Assembly: GCA_951406725.2 (NCBI GenBank)
Contig: OX597841.1
Location: 20,274,001-20,338,000 of the forward strand
Length of the DNA: 64,000 nucleotides
Direction of reading: 5' to 3'
From: Octopus vulgaris
Lineage: Eukaryota
Positions 53,867 to 64,000 of the stretch are shown piece after piece. How positions within the stretch are numbered: the first letter of the stretch is position 1; the number at the start of each line of letters is the position of its first letter. Under the pieces are notes generated by a model. The model was not told where the DNA came from, searched no databases, and saw nothing but the letters and a program-made list of their open reading frames with translations. The translations under genes and the position numbers were made by a program.

Positions 53867-56800
53867 TCATCATCATCATCATCATTTAACGTCCGCTTTC
53901 CATGCTAGCATGGGTTGGACGGTTCAACTGGTGTCTGTGGAGCCCGAAGGCTGCACCAGGCCAGTCAGATCTGGCAGTGTTTCTACAGCTGGATGCCCTT
54001 CCTAACGCCAACCACTCCGAGAGTGTAGTGAGTGATTTTATGTGCCACCGACACAGGTGCCAGACGAGGCTGGCGAACGGCCACGCTCGGATGGTGTTTT
54101 TATGTGCCACCGACACAGGTGCCAGACAAGGCTGGCAGACGACCACGCTCGGATGGTGTTTTTATGTGCCACCGACACAGGTGCCAGACAAGGCTGGCAG
54201 ACGACCACGCTCGGATGGTGTTTTTATGTGCCACCGACACAGGTGCCAGACAAGGCTGGCGAACGGCCACGCTCGGATGGTGTTTTTATGTGCCACCGAC
54301 ACAGGTGCCAGACAAGGCTAGCAGACGACCACGCTCGGATGGTGTTTTTTTATGTGCCACCGACACAGGTGCCAGACGAGGCTGGCGAACGGCCACACTC
54401 GGATGGTGTTTTTATGTGCCACCGACACAGGTGCCAGACAAGGCTAGCAGACGACCACGCTCGGATGGTGTTTTTTATGTGCCACCGACACAGGTGCCAG
54501 ACAAGGCTAGCAGACGACCACGCTCAGATGGTGTTTTTATGTGCCACCGACACAGGTGCCAGACGAGGCTGGCGAACGGCCACGCTCGGATGGTTTTTTT
54601 TATGTGCCACCGACACAGGTGCCAGACGAGGCTAGCAGACGACCACGCTCGGATGGTGTTTTTTATGTGCCACCGACACAGGTGCCAGAAGAGGCTGGCG
54701 AACGGCCACGATCGGATGGTGATTGTTACGTGCCCACAGCATGGAGGCCAGTCGATGCGGTACTGGCTACGGCTACGTTCGGATGGTTTTCTTGTGTGCC
54801 ACCGGCACTGGTACCACAAGGATACAAATTCCATTGATGTTCATCTATTTTGATTTTGTTTGATTTTTGTTTGATTTGATTTGATTTTCACTTGCCTCAA
54901 CAGGTCTTCACAAGTGTCACAAGAAGGAAGGTATGCACAGGTGGACTGACTACGTCCTAGGTAGGGGCCACGGGTTATGGTCTGACTAGTCTTGCCGGGT
55001 CTTCTCACGCACAGCATACTTCCATAGGTCTCGGTCTCTAGTCATTTCCTTGGTGAGACCTAAAGTTCGTAGGTCGTGCTTCACCACTTCGTCCCAGGTT
55101 TTGCTGGGTCTACCTCTTCCACAGGTTCCCTCAACTGCTAGGGTGTAGCACTTTTGCACACAACTATCTTCAGCCATTCTCGTCATATGACCATACCAGC
55201 GCAGCCGTCTCTCTTGCACACCACAACTGATGCTTCTTAGGTTCAACTTTTCTCTCAAGGTACTTACACTCTGACGATTATGAACACTGACATTACACAT
55301 CCATCGGAGCATACTGGCTTGATTTCTTGCGAGCTTACGCATATCCTCAGCAGTCACGGCCCATGTTTCACTACCCTGTAGCATGGCTGTACGTACACAT
55401 GCATCATAAAGTCTGCCTTTTACTCTGAGCGAGAGGCCTTTTGTCACCAGCAGGGGTAAGAGCTCTCTGAACTTTGCCCAGGCTATTCTTACTCTAGCAG
55501 TTACACTTTCAGCACACCCACCCCCGCTACTGACTTGGTCTCCTAGGTAACGGAAGCTATCAACTACTTCTAGTTTGTCTGCCTGGAACGTGGTAGAAGT
55601 TGGTCTCTGCACATTTCCAGTGTTTATTTCTCCTGAGCATCTGCCACATACGAAAACTATCTTCCCAGTTAGCCTACCTTTGACATTGCTGCATCTCTTA
55701 TGTGTCCATAGCTTACACTTGGTGCACCTTATAGAGTTTCTACCTACACCTTTTCTACAGATCGAGCAGGGCCATCTACCTGAAGTCGTTTGTGGTTGGT
55801 CCACCTTCCTACTTATTAGGACTTTGGTTTTGGCTAGGTTGATTCTAAGGCCCTTCGATTCTAATCCTTGTTTCCACACCTGAAACTTCTCCTCCAGTTC
55901 TGATAGTGACTCAGCAATTAGAGCAAGGTCATCAGCATATAGGAGCTCCCAGGGGCATCCTGTCTTAAATTCTTCCGTTATTGCCTGGAGGACTATGATA
56001 AATAGGAGGGGGCTGAGGACTGAACCTTGGTGGACCCCAACCTCTACCCGGAATTCTTCACTGTACTCGTTGCCAACCCTCACCTTACTAGCTGCGTCTC
56101 TGTACATGGCTCGCACAGCTCTCACTAACCATTCATCTATCCCTAGTTTCCTCATTGACCACCAGATAAGGGATCGGGGGACCCTGTCAAAGGCTTTCTC
56201 TAAGTCAACAAAAGCCAGGTACAAGGGCTTACCTTTGGCTAGGTATTTCTCCTGCAGCTGTCTTACCAGGAATATAGCATCAGTAGTATTTTTCCTTGGC
56301 ACGAACCCAAACTGCATATCATCTAAGCTAACTCTCTCTCTAATTAACTGGGCTATAACCCTCTCCGTAACCTTCATTACCTGATCCAACAGCTTGATGC
56401 CCCTGTAGTTATTTGTATCTAGGGCATCGCCTTTACCTTTGTAGCAGTTGACTATTATGCTGCTACACCAGTCATTGGGTATGACTCCTTCGTGTATCAC
56501 CTGGTTAACTATACGGGTGACTATGCTATAGCCGACACTACCAGATATTTTGAGCATCTCTGCAGTAATTCCTGATGGGCCTGGGGCTTTCCCTGTCTTC
56601 ATGCTTCTAATTGCCTTAGCTACCACGGAACTATCAACTCGGATAGCTGGTCCCTCTGTTGGTTCAACATTCGGCAGACTCTCTTTATCCCATTCATTTT
56701 CCTCATTCAGCAACCTTTCATAGTGGCGTCTCCAAGCTTCTCTCTTTGCATCCTCATTTAGCGCAAGTGAACCATCCTCCATGCGAACACATTTCTCTCC

Positions 56801-57464
56801 TACCACATCACGATTCTCTCTCACACACTGTCTTGCAACACGAAATACCTCAAGTCTTTCATCCTCACGGCGCAGGACATTGGCAAATTTTCTTTTATCT
56901 GCTTCCCCTCTGGCTAGATAGACCTGTCTCCTAGCTTCCCTTCTGGCAGTCTGATACACTTCCCTGCTACCACCGTTCTTCCAGGCCTTCCAAGCCTGTT
57001 TCTTTTGTCTAATAGCCCTGTCAACAATATTGTTCCACCACCACGTTATTTTGGGTCTTAAGGGGACTTTGCACCAGCCACAGATCTGGTCAGCGGCTTT
57101 CAGCAGGTTGTCCCTCAGAAACGTCCAGTTGTCTTCTACCCCATGTGTAGCTATACCCCCTTCCACTTCGTCAAAGGCTTCAAGTAACATATCTCTAAAT
57201 CTCTGTCCATTCGCAGGGTCTTTAAGCTTCCAGACCCTTCTTCTCCATGTTGGTCGTCTTCTAGTCGCCCTCTTAGTCCTGATCCTAAAGTCACTAACTA
57301 CCAGTCTATATTGTGGGGTGCATTCTTCGCCTGGGAAGGTTTTGGCATTTATAAGCAGCCATCTTTCCCTTTTTCTGGCAAGGATGTAGTCGATTTGGCT
57401 AGTATGCCGGCCCGATCGGTAGGTGACCAGGTGGCTTGTTGGTTTCCTGAAGTTAGTGTTGCAT
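53867..57464 (-). mobile_element. RTE-clade LINE, young, 5'-truncated inside the endonuclease; uninterrupted RT ORF of about 825 aa
   Basis: Open frame from CNTNFRKP (about 57464) to the stop at 54986, with [30 protein letters not shown] insert, FRYLG and RLRWYGH. The 3' UTR and (GAT)n tail run to about 53867. Same family as 6035-10612. Confidence 0.95.
54037..54722. repeat. Tandem array of 11 units of about 62 bp in the RTE 3' UTR
   Basis: Unit tttatgtgccaccgacacaggtgccagac(g/a)aggct(g/a)gc(gaacggcc/agacgacc)acgctcggatggtgtt. Confidence 0.95.
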
Positions 57465-59635
<2,171 letters not shown>

Positions 59636-59773
59636 TCTTTATATATAAAACTGAAGTTGTGTGAGAGTCTGTCTACTCCGATTTACATTCCTAACTACTC
59701 CCACATCTTGTGGTGCAGTTTAACCAAAAGCGGGTATCTTATAGTCCCGAGCAATGCCAGGTGATACTGCTAG
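59636..59773 (+). mobile_element. 138-bp mini-Helitron
   Basis: A|TCTTTATATATAAAACTGAAGTTGTGTGAGAGTCTGTC...CCCGAGCAATGCCAGG-TGATACTGCTAG|T. It is a deletion derivative of the 31758-32249 type. Confidence 0.85.
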
Positions 59774-59987
59774 TATATGAATATGTATATGTATGTATAT
59801 ATATGTCTATTCAGAAGCAGGGTAATGCTTCTGCCTGATCCTAGGCCGATGACTGGAACTATTTAAATTTATGAAGATCAAATGTAAACTAATTTTTAGA
59901 ATGTTCTTTTCTCTCTCTGTCTCTTCATTTTTCTTCTTCCTCCCCACTGCTTACATGTTTTTCTGTTTTTGTCCTCTTCCCCTCCAG

Positions 59988-60220
59988 GAACACTGAGTGT
60001 TGAAGCTATATACCAAGACCGAGACCAGTTTGCGTTGCTGGTGCGAGAAGTGGCGTCACCAGACGTTGGAAGGATGGGAATTGAGATTCTTAGTTTCACA
60101 ATCAAAGACATATATGATCAGGTGGAGTACTTAGCTTCCCTGGGTCGCACTCAGACAGCCAATGTGAAGAGGGATGCGGATATTGGTGTGGCAGAAGCCG
60201 TAAGAGATGCCGGAATAAGG
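59988..60220 (+). CDS. FLOT2: Flotillin-2 coding exon (233 nt), end of SPFH domain and start of coiled coil
   Basis: Long pyrimidine tract plus cctccAG acceptor and AGG|GTAAGT donor at 60221. Translates (G)TLSVEAIYQDRDQFALLVREVASPDVGRMGIEILSFTIKDIYDQVEYLASLGRTQTANVKRDADIGVAEAVRDAGIR. Its phase-1 start fits the previous exon. Confidence 0.96.
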
Positions 60221-61287
60221 GTAAGTATTGCCGACAAAGGTAACCATATTTTTCCTGTTGTTGTCCCGATATTCGTACTCTAACCTCACATCACTTGGCA
60301 CAAGGCTACCTCTGTCAATGCCACTCCTCTCAATTTAGGGGGTCTTTGTCTTGTAAGTTACATCACCAGTGTTGGTAACATGTAATAATCCCCTGTAAAA
60401 GGCATTTAGACATAGAAACTATGCCAAAGCAGACATCAGAGCTTGGTGCAGCCCCTTAACTTTCCAGTTCCATGCCAGCATTGCAAATGGACGTTAAATG
60501 ATGTTGCTGGGTCGCTGGCAAGTAGAATCCGTAGCACATTGGGCGAAATGTTTGTTGATATTTCCTCAGATGCTTTATTTTCTTTGTTCAAATTCTGCTG
60601 AGTCACCTTTGACTTTCATCTTTTTAGGGGTTGATTAAGGGGAGAAAAAAGTGTCGGTTAGAAGCTTCTTTCTCAGTCACATGGTTCCTGGTTCAGTCCC
60701 TCTGTGTAGCACTTTGACCAAGTGTCTTTTATTATAGCCTTGTGAGTGGATTTGGTAGCAAATAAAATAAAAGTACTGGGGTAGATTCATTCAACTCCTT
60801 CAAAGATGTGCTCCAGCAGGGCTATAGTCTAATGACAAGCAAAATTTCAGGCCTTGTACCTATAGTTGAAAGAGTTATTTCTGTTAGAGCGAGAGATTGG
60901 CAGAATTGTCAGAGCATTGAACGAAATACTTTGCAGAATTTGTTCTGGCTGTATACTCTCTGAGTTCAAATCTCACTGGGATCAATTTTGCCTTTCACCC
61001 TTTTGGTAAAATACAGAATCACTCTAATACTTGGGTTGATTTAGTGAACTACCATCCTCCCAAATTTGAGGCCTTGTGATTATTTTAGAAACAGAAGGCA
61101 GCAAGGTGGCACAATTGTTAGCATGCCAGACAGAATGCTCAGTAAGCATTTCTTCTGATTTTATGTTCTGATTTCAATTCCAATGATGTCGACTTTTCAC
61201 CCTTTCAGGGGTCGATAACATTAGTACCAGTTGAGCACTGGGATTGATGTAATCAACTACCTCCATCCCACTGAAATTTCAGGCTTT

Positions 61288-61378
<91 letters not shown>

Positions 61379-61379
61379 C

Positions 61380-63692
<2,313 letters not shown>

Positions 63693-63722
63693 ATATAGAT
63701 ATATATATATATATAGATAGAT

Positions 63723-63817
<95 letters not shown>

Positions 63818-63896
63818 TAGATATATATATAGATATATATATATATAGATAGATATATATATAGATAGATATATATATAGATATATATATAGATAT

Positions 63897-64000
<104 letters not shown>

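Noticed and set aside
51433-54005. Long Y/I/M/C/V-rich ORFs (also at 16.7, 35.7, 42.2, 45.4, 57.3 and 61.3 kb)
   Set aside because: They are stop-free translations of (TA)n/(TATG)n/(CA)n repeats.
54037-54722. Regular ~62-bp repeats resembling a CRISPR array
   Set aside because: The units are contiguous with no unique spacers, there are no cas genes, the context is eukaryotic, and the array lies in a LINE 3' UTR.

Overview
Eukaryotic, repeat-rich animal DNA, most likely an octopus or other coleoid cephalopod (inferred from the SINE families and microsatellite load, not proven). The only host gene I can support is flotillin-2 on the + strand, with three internal coding exons (40099-40180, 50607-50821, 59988-60220) that have GT-AG sites and compatible phases. 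Its canonical first exon was not found and the gene continues beyond the window. The rest is intronic or flanking sequence filled with mobile elements: two RTE-clade LINE families (one with a PHD-type finger inserted in the RT, one with three C-terminal C2H2 fingers), two CR1-group LINE copies, one helicase-bearing Helitron and three non-autonomous Helitrons, a deleted Tc1, several MITEs, Penelope-like remnants with hammerhead-ribozyme-like motifs, at least three tRNA-type SINE families, and decayed 5S rRNA and tRNA-Asp copies. Most long ORFs in the track are (TA)n/(TATG)n/(CA)n artefacts. The most interesting observations are interleaved inverted LINE pairs bracketing the flotillin exons, a SINE/LINE shared 3' stem-loop with compensatory changes, the PHD-in-RT insertion, a variable hairpin array in the RTE 3' UTR, a candidate alternative first exon and two pre-miRNA-like hairpins. 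Repeat boundaries are approximate unless termini are quoted.
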